This document shows, piece after piece, positions 45,442 to 60,400 of a stretch of DNA of 64,000 bases; the stretch's first letter is position 1, and each line of letters starts with the position of its first letter. The stretch is taken from the NCBI GenBank assembly GCA_046563655.1, contig JAJCTO010000009.1, forward strand, positions 992,001 to 1,056,000, written 5' to 3'. The notes beneath the pieces are model-generated. The model searched no databases. It saw only the letters and a list, made by a program, of their open reading frames with translations, and was not told the DNA's origin. A program made the position numbers and the translations under genes. Source of the DNA: Yuukianura sp. NJ FZ-2021. Its lineage: Eukaryota.

Positions 45442-48400
45442 CTTGGGTTGGAATACGGCACCCAGGGCAATGTCGAGCACCATTTTGACGCAAAACGACT
45501 TAAATTTGTGAGAATGAACATGCAAATGTGAGAATGAACAGAAAGTAAATTACATTTTTGAAATCCTCATAAAAAGAGCTACAGGAACCCACTTTCACTT
45601 GCTGTGTCGTCCCTCATCTCGTGACTTTTTTTTATGAAAATTTGTTTCAAAACAAATCATTCAAAAAACCTCCACGCGGAGCGATGCCGGGTGAAAAGGA
45701 GTTATTTTTTTGAAATCCTCCTGAAAAGTACTACAGTAACCCAAGTTTAATTGGTGTGGATAAATCGCAATTAAATCTGGTTAGAGCGTACTTAAAAGTC
45801 TGAATGAACCGCTCTGTCTCGAATATTATCTTGGGCTGGAATACGGCACCCAGGGCAATGTCGAGCACCATTTTGACGCAAAACGACTTAAATTTGTGAG
45901 AATGAACATGCAAATGTGAGAATTAACAGAAAGTAAATTACATTTTTGAAATCCTCATAAAAAGAGCTACAGGAACCCACTTTCACTTGCTGTGTCGTCC
46001 CTCATCTCGTGACTTTTTTTTATGAAAATTTGTTTCAAAACAAATCATTCAAAAAACCTCCACCCGGAGCGATGCCGGGTGAAAAGGAGTTATTTTTTTG
46101 AAATCCTCCTGAAAAGTACTACAGTAACCCAAGTTTAATTGGTGTGGATAAATCGCAATTAAATCTGGTTAGAGCGTACTTAAAAGTCTGAATGAACCGC
46201 TCTGTCTCGAATATTATCTTGGGCTGGAATACGGCACCCAGGGCAATGTCTAGCACCATTTTGACGCAAAACGACTTAAATTTGTGAGAATGAACATGCA
46301 AATGTGAGAATGAACAGAAAGTAAATTACATTTTTGAAATCCCCATAAAAAGGGCTACAGGAACCGACTTTCACTTGCTGTGTCGTCCATCATCTTGTTA
46401 CCTTCATTTATGAAAATTCATGTTTCAAAACAAAGAATTCAAAAGAAATGCATTCCAGGACGATGCTGGGTAAAAGTCAACAATATTTTTGAAATCCTCA
46501 TAAAAAGGGCTACAGGAACCCACTTTCACTTGCTGTGTTCTCCCTCATCTTGTGACTTTTTTTAATGAAAATTTGTTTCAAAACAAATCATTCAAAAAAC
46601 CTCCACGCGGAGCGATGCCGGGTGAAAAGGAGTTACTTTTCTGAAATCCTCCTGAAAAGTACTACAGGAACCCAAATTTAATTGGCGTGGATAGGTCGCA
46701 ATTAAATCTGGTTAGAGCGTACTTAAAAGTCTGAATGAACCGCTCTGCCGCGGATTTTATTTTGGTTTGGAATACGGCACCCAGGGCAATGTCGAGCACC
46801 ATTTTGACGCAAAACGACTTAAATTTGTGAGAATGAACATGCAAATGTGAGAATGAACAGAAAGTAAATTACATTTTTGAAATCCTCATAAAAAGAGCTA
46901 CAGGAACCCACTTTCACTTGCTGTGTCGTCAATCATCTCGTGACTTTGTTTTATGAAAATTTGTTTCAAAACAAATCATTCAAAAAACCTCCACGCGGAG
47001 CGATGCCGGGTGAAAAGGAGTTACTTTTCTGAAATCCTCCTGAAAAGTACTACAGGAACCCAAGTTTAATTGGTGTGGATAAATCGCAATTAAATCTGGT
47101 TAGAGCGTACTTAAAAGTCTGAATGAACCGCTCTGTCTCGAATATTATCTTGGGTTGGTATATGGCACCCAGTGCAATGTCGAGCACCATTTTGACGCAA
47201 AACGACTTAAATTTGTGAGAATGAACATGCAAATGTGAGAATGAACAGAAAGTAAATTACATTTTTGAAATCCTCATAAAAAGTGCTACAGGAACCCACT
47301 TTCACTTGCTGTGTCGTTTCTCATCTTGTTACCTTTATTTATGAAAATTCATGTTTCAGAAAAAAGAATTCAAAAGAAATGCATTCCAGAACGATGCTGG
47401 GTAAAAGTCAACTATATTTTTGAAATCCTCACAAAAAGGGCTACATGAACCCACTTTCACTTGCTGTGTCGTCAATCATCTCGTGACTTTTTTTTATGAA
47501 AATTTGTTTCAAAACAAATCATTCAAAAAAACTCCACGCGGAGCGATGCCGGGTGAAAAGGAGTTACTTTTCTGACATCCTCCTGAAAAGTACTACAGGA
47601 ACCTAAGTTTAATTGGTGTGGATAAATCGCAATTAAATCTGGTTAGAGCGTACTTAAAAGTCTGAATGAACCGCTCTGTCTCGAATATTATCTTGGGTTG
47701 GTATATGGCACCCAGGGCAATGTCGAGCACCATTTTGACGCAAAACGACTTAAATTTGTGAGAATGAACATGCAAATGTGAGAATGAACAGAAAGTAAAT
47801 TACATTTTTGAAATCCTCATAAAAAGTGCTACAGGAACCCACTTTCACTTGCTGTGTCGTTTCTCATCTTGTTACCTTTACTTATGAAAATTCATGTTTC
47901 AAAACAAAGAATCCAAAAGAAATGCATTCCGGAACGATGCTGGGTAAAAGTCAACTATATTTTTGAAATCCTCATGAAAAGGGCTACAGGAACCCACTTT
48001 CACTTGCTGTTTCGTTTCTCATCTTGTTACCTGTATTTATGAAAATTCATGTTTCAGAAAAAAGAATTCAAAAGAAATGCATTCCAGAACGATGCTGGAT
48101 AAAAGTCAACTATATTTTTGAAATCCTCATAAAAAGGGCTACAGGAACCCACTTTCACTTGCTGTTTCGTTTCTCATCTTGTTACCTGTATTTATGAAAA
48201 TTCATGTTTCAGAAAAAAGAATTCAAAAGAAATGCATTCCAGAACGATGCTGGATAAAAGTCAACTATATTTTTGAAATCCTCATAAAAAGGGCTACAGG
48301 AACCCACTTTCACTTGCTGTGTCGTCCATCATCTTGTTACCTTTATTTATGAAAATTCATGTTTCAAAAGAAAGAATCCAAAAGAAATGCATTCCGGAAC

Positions 48401-51400
48401 GATGCTGGGTAAAAGTCAACTATATTTTTGAAATCCTCATGAAAAGGGCTACACGAACCCACTTTCACTTGCTGTTTCGTTTCTCATCTTGTTACCTGTA
48501 TTTATGAAAATTCATGTTTCAGAAAAAAGAATTCAAAAGAAATGCATTCCAGAACGATGCTGGGTAAAAGTCAACAATATTTTTGAAATCCTCATAAAAA
48601 GGGCTACAGGAACCCACTTTCACTTGCTGTGTCGTCCCTCATCTCGTGACTTTTTTTTATGAAAATTTGTTTCAAAACAAATCATTCAAAAAACCTCCAC
48701 GCGGAGCGATGCCGGGTGAAAAGGAGTTATTTTTTTGAAATCCTCCTGAAAAGTACTACAGTAACCCAAGTTTAATTGGTGTGGATAAATCGCAATTAAA
48801 TCTGGTTAGAGCGTACTTAAAAGTCTGAATGAACCGCTCTGTCTCGAATATTATCTTGGGCTGGAATACGGCACCCAGGGCAATGTCTAGCACCATTTTG
48901 ACGCAAAACGACTTAAATTTGTGAGAATGAACATGCAAATGTGAGAATGAACAGAAAGTAAATTACATTTTTGAAATCCCCATAAAAAGGGCTACAGGAA
49001 CCGACTTTCACTTGCTGTGTCGTCCATCATCTTGTTACCTTCATTTATGAAAATTCATGTTTCAAAACAAAGAATTCAAAAGAAATGCATTCCAGAACGA
49101 TGCTGGGTAAAAGTCAATATTTTTGAAATCCTCATAAAAAGGGCTACAGGAACCCACTTTCACTTGCTGTGTTCTCCCTCATCTTGTGACTTTTTTTAAT
49201 GAAAATTTGTTTCAAAACAAATCATTCAAAAAACCTCCACGCGGAGCGATGCCGGGTGAAAAGGAGTTACTTTTCTGAAATCCTCCTGAAAAGTACTACA
49301 GGAACCCAAATTTAATTGGCGTGGATAGGTCGCAATTAAATCTGGTTAGAGCGTACTTCAAAGTCTGAATGAACCGCTCTGCCGCGGATTTTATTTTGGT
49401 TTGGAATACGGCACCCAATGCAATGTCGAGCACCATTTTGACGCAAAACGACTTAAATTTGTGAGAATGAACATGCAAATGTGAGAATGAACAGAAAGTA
49501 AATTACATTTTTGAAATCCTCATAAAAAGAGCTACAGGAACCCACTTTCACTTGCTGTGTCGTCAATCATCTCGTGACTTTGTTTTATGAAAATTTGTTT
49601 CAAAACAAATCTTTCAAAAAACCTCCACGCGGAGCGATGCCGGGTGAAAAGGAGTTACTTTTCTGAAATCCTCCTGAAAAGTACTACAGGAACCCAAGTT
49701 TAATTGGTGTGGATAAATCGCAATTAAATCTGGTTAGAGCGTACTTAAAAGTCTGAATGAACCGCTCTGTCTCGAATATTATCTTGGGTTGGTATATGGC
49801 ACCCAGGGCAATGTCGAGCACCATTTTGACGCAAAACGACTTAAATTTGTGAGAATGAACATGCAAATGTGAGAATGAACAGAAAGTAAATTACATTTTT
49901 GAAATCCTCATAAAAAGTGCTACAGGAACCCACTTTCACTTGCTGTGTCGTTTCTCATCTTGTTACCTTTACTAATGAAAATTCATGTTTCAAAACAAAG
50001 AATCCAAAAGAAATGCATTCCGGAACGATGCTGGGTAAAAGTCAACTATATTTTTGAAATCCTCATGAAAAGGGCTACAGGAACCCACTTTCACTTGCTG
50101 TTTCGTTTCTCATCTTGTTACCTGTATTTATGAAAATTCATGTTTCAGAAAAAAGAATTCAAAAGAAATGCATTCCAGAACGATGCTGGATAAAAGTCAA
50201 CTATATTTTTGAAATCCTCATAAAAAGGGCTACAGGAACCCACTTTCACTTGCTGTTTCGTTTCTCATCTTGTTACCTGTATTTATGAAAATTCATGTTT
50301 CAGAAAAAAGAATTCAAAAGAAATGCATTCCAGAACGATGCTGGATAAAAGTCAACTATATTTTTGAAATCCTCATAAAAAGGGCTACAGGAACCCACTT
50401 TCGCTTGCTGTGTCGTCCATCATCTTGTTACCTTTATTTATGAAAATTCATGTTTCAAAACAAAGAATCCAAAAGAAATGCATTCCGGAACGATGCTGGG
50501 TAAAAGTCAACTATATTTTTGAAATCCTCATGAAAAGGGCTACAGGAACCCACTTTCACTTGCTGTTTCGTTTCTCATCTTGTTACCTGTATTTATGAAA
50601 ATTCATGTTTCAGAAAAAAGAATTCAAAAGAAATGCATTCCAGAACGATGCTGGGTAAAAGTCAACAATATTTTTGAAATCCTCATAAAAAGGGCTACAG
50701 GAACCCACTTTCACTTGCTGTGTTCTCCCTCATCTTGTGACTTTTTTAATGAAAATTTGTTTCAAAACAAATCATTCAAAAAACCTCCACGCGGAGCGAT
50801 GCCGGGTGAAAAGGAGTTACTTTTCTGAAATCCTCCTGAAAAGTACTACAGGAACCCAAATTTAATTGGCGTGGATAGGTCGCAATTAAATCTGGTTAGA
50901 GCGTACTTAAAAGTCTGAATGAACCGCTCTGCCGCGGATTTTATTTTGGTTTGGAATACGGCACCCAGGGCAATGTCGAGCACCATTTTGACGCAAAACG
51001 ACTTAAATTTGTGAGAATGAACATGCAAATGTGAGAATGAACAGAAAGTAAATTACATTTTTGAAATCCTCATAAAAAGAGCTACAGGAACCCACTTTCA
51101 CTTGCTGTGTCGTCCATCATCTTGTTACCTTCATTTATGAAAATTCATGTTTCAAAACAAAGAATTCAAAAGAAATGCATTCCAGAACGATGCTGGGTAA
51201 AAGTCAATATTTTTGAAATCCTCATAAAAAGGGCTACAGGAACCCACTTTCACTTGCTGTGTTCTCCCTCATCTTGTGACTTTTTTTAATGAAAATTTGT
51301 TTCAAAACAAATCATTCAAAAAACCTCCACGCGGAGCGATGCCGGGTGAAAAGGAGTTACTTTTCTGAAATCCTCCTGAAAAGTACTACAGGAACCCAAA

Positions 51401-54400
51401 TTTAATTGGCGTGGATAGGTCGCAATTAAATCTGGTTAGAGCGTACTTCAAAGTCTGAATGAACCGCTCTGCCGCGGATTTTATTTTGGTTTGGAATACG
51501 GCACCCAATGCAATGTCGAGCACCATTTTGACGCAAAACGACTTAAATTTGTGAGAATGAACATGCAAATGTGAGAATGAACAGAAAGTAAATTACATTT
51601 TTGAAATCCTCATAAAAAGAGCTACAGGAACCCACTTTCACTTGCTGTGTCGTCAATCATCTCGTGACTTTGTTTTATGAAAATTTGTTTCAAAACAAAT
51701 CTTTCAAAAAACCTCCACGCGGAGCGATGCCGGGTGAAAAGGAGTTACTTTTCTGAAATCCTCCTGAAAAGTACTACGGGAACCCAAGTTTAATTGGTGT
51801 GGATAAATCGCAATTAAATCTGGTTAGAGCGTACTTAAAAGTCTGAATGAACCGCTCTGTCTCGAATATTATCTTGGGTTGGTATATGGCACCCAGGGCA
51901 ATGTCGAGCACCATTTTGACGCAAAACGACTTAAATTTGTGAGAATGAACATGCAAATGTGAGAATGAACAGAAAGTAAATTACATTTTTGAAATCCTCA
52001 TAAAAAGTGCTACAGGAACCCACTTTCACTTGCTGTGTCGTTTCTCATCTTGTTACCTTTATTTATGAAAATTCATGTTTCAGAAAAAAGAATTCAAAAG
52101 AAATGCATTCCAGAACGATGCTGGGTAAAAGTCAACTATATTTTTGAAATCCTCACAAAAAGGGCTACATGAACCCACTTTCACTTGCTGTGTCGTCAAT
52201 CATCTCGTGACTTTTTTTTATGAAAATTTGTTTCAAAACAAATCATTCAAAAAAACTCCACGCGGAGCGATGCCGGGTGAAAAGGAGTTACTTTTCTGAC
52301 ATCCTCCTGAAAAGTACTACAGGAACCCAAGTTTAATTGGTGTGGATAAATCGCAATTAAATCTGGTTAGAGCGTACTTAAAAGTCTGAATGAACCGCTC
52401 TGTCTCGAATATTATCTTGGGTTGGTATATGGCACCCAGGGCAATGTCGAGCACCATTTTGACGCAAAACGACTTAAATTTGTGAGAATGAACATGCAAA
52501 TGTGAGAATGAACAGAAAGTAAATTACATTTTTGAAATCCTCATAAAAAGTGCTACAGGAACCCACTTTCACTTGCTGTGTCGTTTCTCATCTTGTTACC
52601 TTTACTAATGAAAATTCATGTTTCAAAACAAAGAATCCAAAAGAAATGCATTCCGGAACGATGCTGGGTAAAAGTCAACTATATTTTTGAAATCCTCATG
52701 AAAAGGGCTACAGGAACCCACTTTCACTTGCTGTTTCGTTTCTCATCTTGTTACCTGTATTTATGAAAATTCATGTTTCAGAAAAAAGAATTCAAAAGAA
52801 ATGCATTCCAGAACGATGCTGGATAAAAGTCAACTATATTTTTGAAATCCTCATAAAAAGGGCTACAGGAACCCACTTTCACTTGCTGTTTCGTTTCTCA
52901 TCTTGTTACCTGTATTTATGAAAATTCATGTTTCAAAACAAAGAATCCAAAAGAAATGCATTCCGGAACGATGCTGGGTAAAAGTCAACTATATTTTTGA
53001 AATCCTCATGAAAAGGGCTACAGGAACCCACTTTCACTTGCTGTTTCGTTTCTCATCTTGTTACCTGTATTTATGAAAATTCATGTTTCAGAAAAAAGAA
53101 TTCAAAAGAAATGCATTCCAGAACGATGCTGGGTAAAAGTCAACAATATTTTTGAAATCCTCATAAAAAGGGCTACAGGAACCCACTTTCACTTGCTGTG
53201 TTCTCCCTCATCTTGTGACTTTTTTTTATGAAAATTTGTTTCAAAACAAATCATTCAAAAAACCTCCACGCGGAGCGATGCCGGGTGAAAAGGAGTTACT
53301 TTTCTGAAATCCTCCTGAAAAGTACTACAGGAACCCAAATTTAATTGGCGTGGATAGGTCGCAATTAAATCTGGTTAGAGCGTACTTAAAAGTCTGAATG
53401 AACCGCTCTGCCGCGGATTTTATTTTGGTTTGGAATACGGCACCCAGGGCAATGTCGAGCACCATTTTGACGCAAAACGACTTAAATTTGTGAGAATGAA
53501 CATGCAAATGTGAGAATGAACAGAAAGTAAATTACATTTTTGAAATCCTCATAAAAAGAGCTACAGGAACCCACTTTCACTTGCTGTGTCGTTTCTCATC
53601 TTGTTATCTTTACTAATGAAAATTCATGTTTCAAAACAAAGAATCCAAAAGAAATGCATTCCGGAACGATGCTGGGTAAAAGTCAACTATATTTTTGAAA
53701 TCCTCATGAAAAGGGCTACAGGAACCCACTTTCACTTGCTGTGTCGTTTCTCATCTTGTTACCTTTATTTATGAAAATTCATGTTTCAGAAAAAAGAATT
53801 CAAAAGAAATGCATTCCAGAACGATGCTGGGTAAAAGTCAACTATATTTTTGAAATCCTCACAAAAAGGGCTACATGAACCCACTTTCACTTGCTGTGTC
53901 GTCAATCATCTCGTGACTTTTTTTATGAAAATTTGTTTCAAAACAAATCATTCAAAAAAACTCCACGCGGAGCGATGCCGGGTGAAAAGGAGTTACTTTT
54001 CTGACATCCTCCTGAAAAGTACTACAGGAACCCAAGTTTAATTGGTGTGGATAAATCGCAATTAAATCTGGTTAGAGCGTACTTAAAAGTCTGAATGAAC
54101 CGCTCTGTCTCGAATATTATCTTGGGTTGGTATATGGCACCCAGGGCAATGTCGAGCACCATTTTGACGCAAAACGACTTAAATTTGTGAGAATGAACAT
54201 GCAAATGTGAGAATGAACAGAAAGTAAATTACATTTTTGAAATCCTCATAAAAAGTGCTACAGGAACCCACTTTCACTTGCTGTGTCGTTTCTCATCTTG
54301 TTACCTTTACTAATGAAAATTCATGTTTCAAAACAAAGAATCCAAAAGAAATGCATTCCGGAACGATGCTGGGTAAAAGTCAACTATATTTTTGAAATCC

Positions 54401-57400
54401 TCATGAAAAGGGCTACAGGAACCCACTTTCACTTGCTGTTTCGTTTCTCATCTTGTTACCTGTATTTATGAAAATTCATGTTTCAGAAAAAAGAATTCAA
54501 AAGAAATGCATTCCAGAACGATGCTGGATAAAAGTCAACTATATTTTTGAAATCCTCATAAAAAGGGCTACAGGAACCCACTTTCACTTGCTGTTTCGTT
54601 TCTCATCTTGTTACCTGTATTTATGAAAATTCATGTTTCAGAAAAAAGAATTCAAAAGAAATGCATTCCAGAACGATGCTGGATAAAAGTCAACTATATT
54701 TTTGAAATCCTCATAAAAAGGGCTACAGGAACCCACTTTCACTTGCTGTGTCGTCCATCATCTTGTTACCTTTATTTATGAAAATTCATGTTTCAAAACA
54801 AAGAATCCAAAAGAAATGCATTCCGGAACGATGCTGGGTAAAAGTCAACTATATTTTTGAAATCCTCATGAAAAGGGCTACAGGAACCCACTTTCACTTG
54901 CTGTTTCGTTTCTCATCTTGTTACCTGTATTTATGAAAATTCATGTTTCAGAAAAAAGAATTCAAAAGAAATGCATTCCAGAACGATGCTGGGTAAAAGT
55001 CAACAATATTTTTGAAATCCTCATAAAAAGGGCTACAGGAACCCACTTTCACTTGCTGTGTCGTCCCTCATCTCGTGACCTTTTTTAATGAAAATTTGTT
55101 TCAAAACAAATCATTCGAAAAACCTCCACGCGGAGCGATGCCGGGTGAAAAGGAGTTACTTTTCTGAAATCCTCCTGAAAAGTACTACAGGAACACAAGT
55201 TTAATTGGCGTGGATAGATCGCAATTAAATCTGGTTAGAGCGTACTTACAAGTCTGAATGAACCGCTCTGCCTCGGATTTTACCTTGGGTTGGAATACGG
55301 CACCCAGGGCAATGTCGAGCACCATTTTGACGCAAAACGACTTAAATTTGTGAGAATGAACATGCAAATGTGAGAATGAACAGAAAGTAAATTACATTTT
55401 TGAAATCCTCATAAAAAGAGCTACAGGAACCCACTTTCACTTGCTGTGTCGTTTCTCATCTTGTTATCTTTACTTATGAAAATTCATGTTTCAAAACAAA
55501 GAATTCAAAAGAAATGCATTCCGGAACGATGCTGGGTAAAAGTCAACTATATTTTTGAAATCCTCATGAAAAGGGCTACAGGAACCCACTTTCACTTGCT
55601 GTTTCGTTTCTCATCTTGTTACCTGTATTTATGAAAATTCATGTTTCAGAAAAAAGAATTCAAAAGAAATGCATTCCAGAACGATGCTGGGTAAAAGTCA
55701 ACAATATTTTTGAAATCCTCATAAAAAGGGCTACAGGAACCCACTTTCACTTGCTGTGTTCTCCCTCATCTTGTGACTTTTTTTAATGAAAATTTGTTTC
55801 AAAACAAATCATTCAAAAAACCTCCACGCGGAGCGATGCCGGGTGAAAAGGAGTTACTTTTCTGAAATCCTCCTGAAAAGTACTACAGGAACCCAAATTT
55901 AATTGGCGTGGATAGGTCGCAATTAAATCTGGTTAGAGCGTACTTAAAAGTCTGAATGAACCGCTCTGCCGCGGATTTTATTTTGGTTTGGAATACGGCA
56001 CCCAGGGCAATGTCGAGCACCATTTTGACGCAAAACGACTTAAATTTGTGAGAATGAACATGCAAATGTGAGAATGAACAGAAAGTAAATTACATTTTTG
56101 AAATCCTCATAAAAAGAGCTACAGGAACCCACTTTCACTTGCTGTGTCGTTTCTCATCTTGTTATCTTTACTTATGAAAATTCATGTTTCAAAACAAAGA
56201 ATTCAAAAGAAATGCATTCCGGAACGATGCTGGGTAAAAGTCAACTATATTTTTGAAATCCTCATGAAAAGGGCTACAGGAACCCACTTTCACTTGCTGT
56301 TTCGTTTCTCATCTTGTTACCTGTATTTATGAAAATTCATGTTTCAGAAAAAAGAATTCAAAAGAAATGCATACCAGAACGATGCTGGATAAAAGTCAAC
56401 TATATTTTTGAAATCCTCATAAAAAGGGCTACAGGAACCCACTTTCACTTGCTGTGTCGTCCATCATCTTGTTACCTTTATTTATGAAAATTCATGTTTC
56501 AAAACAAAGAATCCAAAAGAAATGCATTCCGGAACGATGCTGGGTAAAAGTCAACTATATTTTTGAAATCCTCATGAAAAGGGCTACAGGAACCCACTTT
56601 CACTTGCTGTTTCGTTTCTCATCTTGTTACCTGTATTTATGAAAATTCATGTTTCAGAAAAAAGAATTCAAAAGAAATGCATTCCAGAACGATGCTGGGT
56701 AAAAGTCAACAATATTTTTGAAATCCTCATAAAAAGGGCTACAGGAACCCACCTTCACTTGCTGTGTTCTCCCTCATCTTGTGACTTTTTTTAATGAAAA
56801 TTTGTTTCAAAACAAATCATTCAAAAAACCTCCACGCGGAGCGATGCCGGGTGAAAAGGAGTTACTTTTCTGAAATCCTCCTGAAAAGTACTACAGGAAC
56901 CCAAATTTAATTGGCGTGGATAGGTCGCAATTAAATCTGGTTAGAGCGTACTTAAAAGTCTGAATGAACCGCTCTGCCGCGGATTTTATTTTGGTTTGGA
57001 ATACGGCACCCAGGGCAATGTCGAGCACCATTTTGACGCAAAACGACTTAAATTTGTGAGAATGAACATGCAAATGTGAGAATGAACAGAAAGTAAATTA
57101 CATTTTTGAAATCCTCATAAAAAGAGCTACAGGAACCCACTTTCACTTGCTGTGTCGTTTCTCATCTTGTTATCTTTACTTATGAAAATTCATGTTTCAA
57201 AACAAAGAATTCAAAAGAAATGCATTCCGGAACGATGCTGGGTAAAAGTCAACTATATTTTTGAAATCCTCATGAAAAGGGCTACAGGAACCCACTTTCA
57301 CTTGCTGTTTCGTTTCTCATCTTGTTACCTGTATTTATGAAAATTCATGTTTCAGAAAAAAGAATTCAAAAGAAATGCATTCCAGAACGATGCTGGGTAA

Positions 57401-60400
57401 AAGTCAACAATATTTTTGAAATCCTCATAAAAAGGGCTACAGGAACCCACTTTCACTTGCTGTGTTCTCCCTCATCTTGTGACTTTTTTTAATGAAAATT
57501 TGTTTCAAAACAAATCATTCAAAAAACCTCCACGCGGAGCGATGCCGGGTGAAAAGGAGTTACTTTTCTGAAATCCTCCTGAAAAGTACTACAGGAACCC
57601 AAATTTAATTGGCGTGGATAGGTCGCAATTAAATCTGGTTAGAGCGTACTTAAAAGTCTGAATGAACCGCTTTGCCGCGGATTTTATTTTGGTTTGGAAT
57701 ACGGCACCCAGGGCAATGTCGAGCACCATTTTGACGCAAAACGACTTAAATTTGTGAGAATGAACATGCAAATGTGAGAATGAACAGAAAGTAAATTACA
57801 TTTTTGAAATCCTCATAAAAAGAGCTACAGGAACCCACTTTCACTTGCTGTGTCGTTTCTCATCTTGTTACCTTTACTTATGAAAATTCATGTTTCAAAA
57901 CAAAGAATTCAAAAGAAATGCATTCCGGAACGATGCTGGGTAAAAGTCAACTATATTTTTGAAATCCTCATGAAAAGGGCTACAGGAACCCACTTTCACT
58001 TGCTGTTTCGTTTCTCATCTTGTTACCTGTATTTATGAAAATTCATGTTTCAGAAAAAAGAATTCAAAAGAAATGCATTCCAGAACGATGCTGGATAAAA
58101 GTCAACTATATTTTTGAAATCCTCATAAAAAGGGCTACAGGAACCCACTTTCACTTGCTGTGTCGTCCATCATCTTGTTACCTTTATTTATGAAAATTCA
58201 TGTTTCAAAACAAAGAATCCAAAAGAAATGCATTCCGGAACGATGCTGGGTAAAAGTCAACTATATTTTTGAAATCCTCATGAAAAGGGCTACAGGAACC
58301 CACTTTCACTTGCTGTTTCGTTTCTCATCTTGTTACCTGTATTTATGAAAATTCATGTTTCAGAAAAAAGAATTCAAAAGAAATGCATACCAGAACGATG
58401 CTGGATAAAAGTCAACTATATTTTTGAAATCCTCATAAAAAGGGCTACAGGAACCCACTTTCACTTGCTGTGTCGTCCATCATCTTGTTACCTTTATTTA
58501 TGAAAATTCATGTTTCAAAACAAAGAATCCAAAAGAAATGCATTCCGGAACGATGCTGGGTAAAAGTCAACTATATTTTTGAAATCCTCATGAAAAGGGC
58601 TACAGGAACCCACTTTCACTTGCTGTTTCGTTTCTCATCTTGTTACCTGTATTTATGAAAATTCATGTTTCAGAAAAAAGAATTCAAAAGAAATGCATTC
58701 CAGAACGATGCTGGGTAAAAGTCAACAATATTTTTGAAATCCTCATAAAAAGGGCTACAGGAACCCACCTTCACTTGCTGTGTTCTCCCTCATCTTGTGA
58801 CTTTTTTTAATGAAAATTTGTTTCAAAACAAATCATTCAAAAAACCTCCACGCGGAGCGATGCCGGGTGAAAAGGAGTTACTTTTCTGAAATCCTCCTGA
58901 AAAGTACTACAGGAACCCAAATTTAATTGGCGTGGATAGGTCGCAATTAAATCTGGTTAGAGCGTACTTAAAAGTCTGAATGAACCGCTCTGCCGCGGAT
59001 TTTATTTTGGTTTGGAATACGGCACCCAGGGCAATGTCGAGCACCATTTTGACGCAAAACGACTTAAATTTGTGAGAATGAACATGCAAATGTGAGAATG
59101 AACAGAAAGTAAATTACATTTTTGAAATCCTCATAAAAAGAGCTACAGGAACCCACTTTCACTTGCTGTGTCGTTTCTCATCTTGTTATCTTTACTTATG
59201 AAAATTCATGTTTCAAAACAAAGAATTCAAAAGAAATGCATTCCGGAACGATGCTGGGTAAAAGTCAACTATATTTTTGAAATCCTCATGAAAAGGGCTA
59301 CAGGAACCCACTTTCACTTGCTGTTTCGTTTCTCATCTTGTTACCTGTATTTATGAAAATTCATGTTTCAGAAAAAAGAATTCAAAAGAAATGCATTCCA
59401 GAACGATGCTGGGTAAAAGTCAACAATATTTTTGAAATCCTCATAAAAAGGGCTACAGGAACCCACTTTCACTTGCTGTGTTCTCCCTCATCTTGTGACT
59501 TTTTTTAATGAAAATTTGTTTCAAAACAAATCATTCAAAAAACCTCCACGCGGAGCGATGCCGGGTGAAAAGGAGTTACTTTTCTGAAATCCTCCTGAAA
59601 AGTACTACAGGAACCCAAATTTAATTGGCGTGGATAGGTCGCAATTAAATCTGGTTAGAGCGTACTTAAAAGTCTGAATGAACCGCTTTGCCGCGGATTT
59701 TATTTTGGTTTGGAATACGGCACCCAGGGCAATGTCGAGCACCATTTTGACGCAAAACGACTTAAATTTGTGAGAATGAACATGCAAATGTGAGAATGAA
59801 CAGAAAGTAAATTACATTTTTGAAATCCTCATAAAAAGAGCTACAGGAACCCACTTTCACTTGCTGTGTCGTTTCTCATCTTGTTACCTTTATTTATGAA
59901 AATTCATGTTTCAAAACAAAGAATTCAAAAGAAATGCATTCCGGAACGATGCTGGGTAAAAGTCAACTATATTTTTGAAATCCTCATGAAAAGGGCTACA
60001 GGAACCCACTTTCACTTGCTGTTTCGTTTCTCATCTTGTTACCTGTATTTATGAAAATTCATGTTTCAGAAAAAAGAATTCAAAAGAAATGCATTCCAGA
60101 ACGATGCTGGATAAAAGTCAACTATATTTTTGAAATCCTCATAAAAAGGGCTACAGGAACCCACTTTCACTTGCTGTGTCGTCCATCATCTTGTTACCTT
60201 TATTTATGAAAATTCATGTTTCAAAACAAAGAATCCAAAAGAAATGCATTCCGGAACGATGCTGGGTAAAAGTCAACTATATTTTTGAAATCCTCATGAA
60301 AAGGGCTACAGGAACCCACTTTCACTTGCTGTTTCGTTTCTCATCTTGTTACCTGTATTTATGAAAATTCATGTTTCAGAAAAAAGAATTCAAAAGAAAT

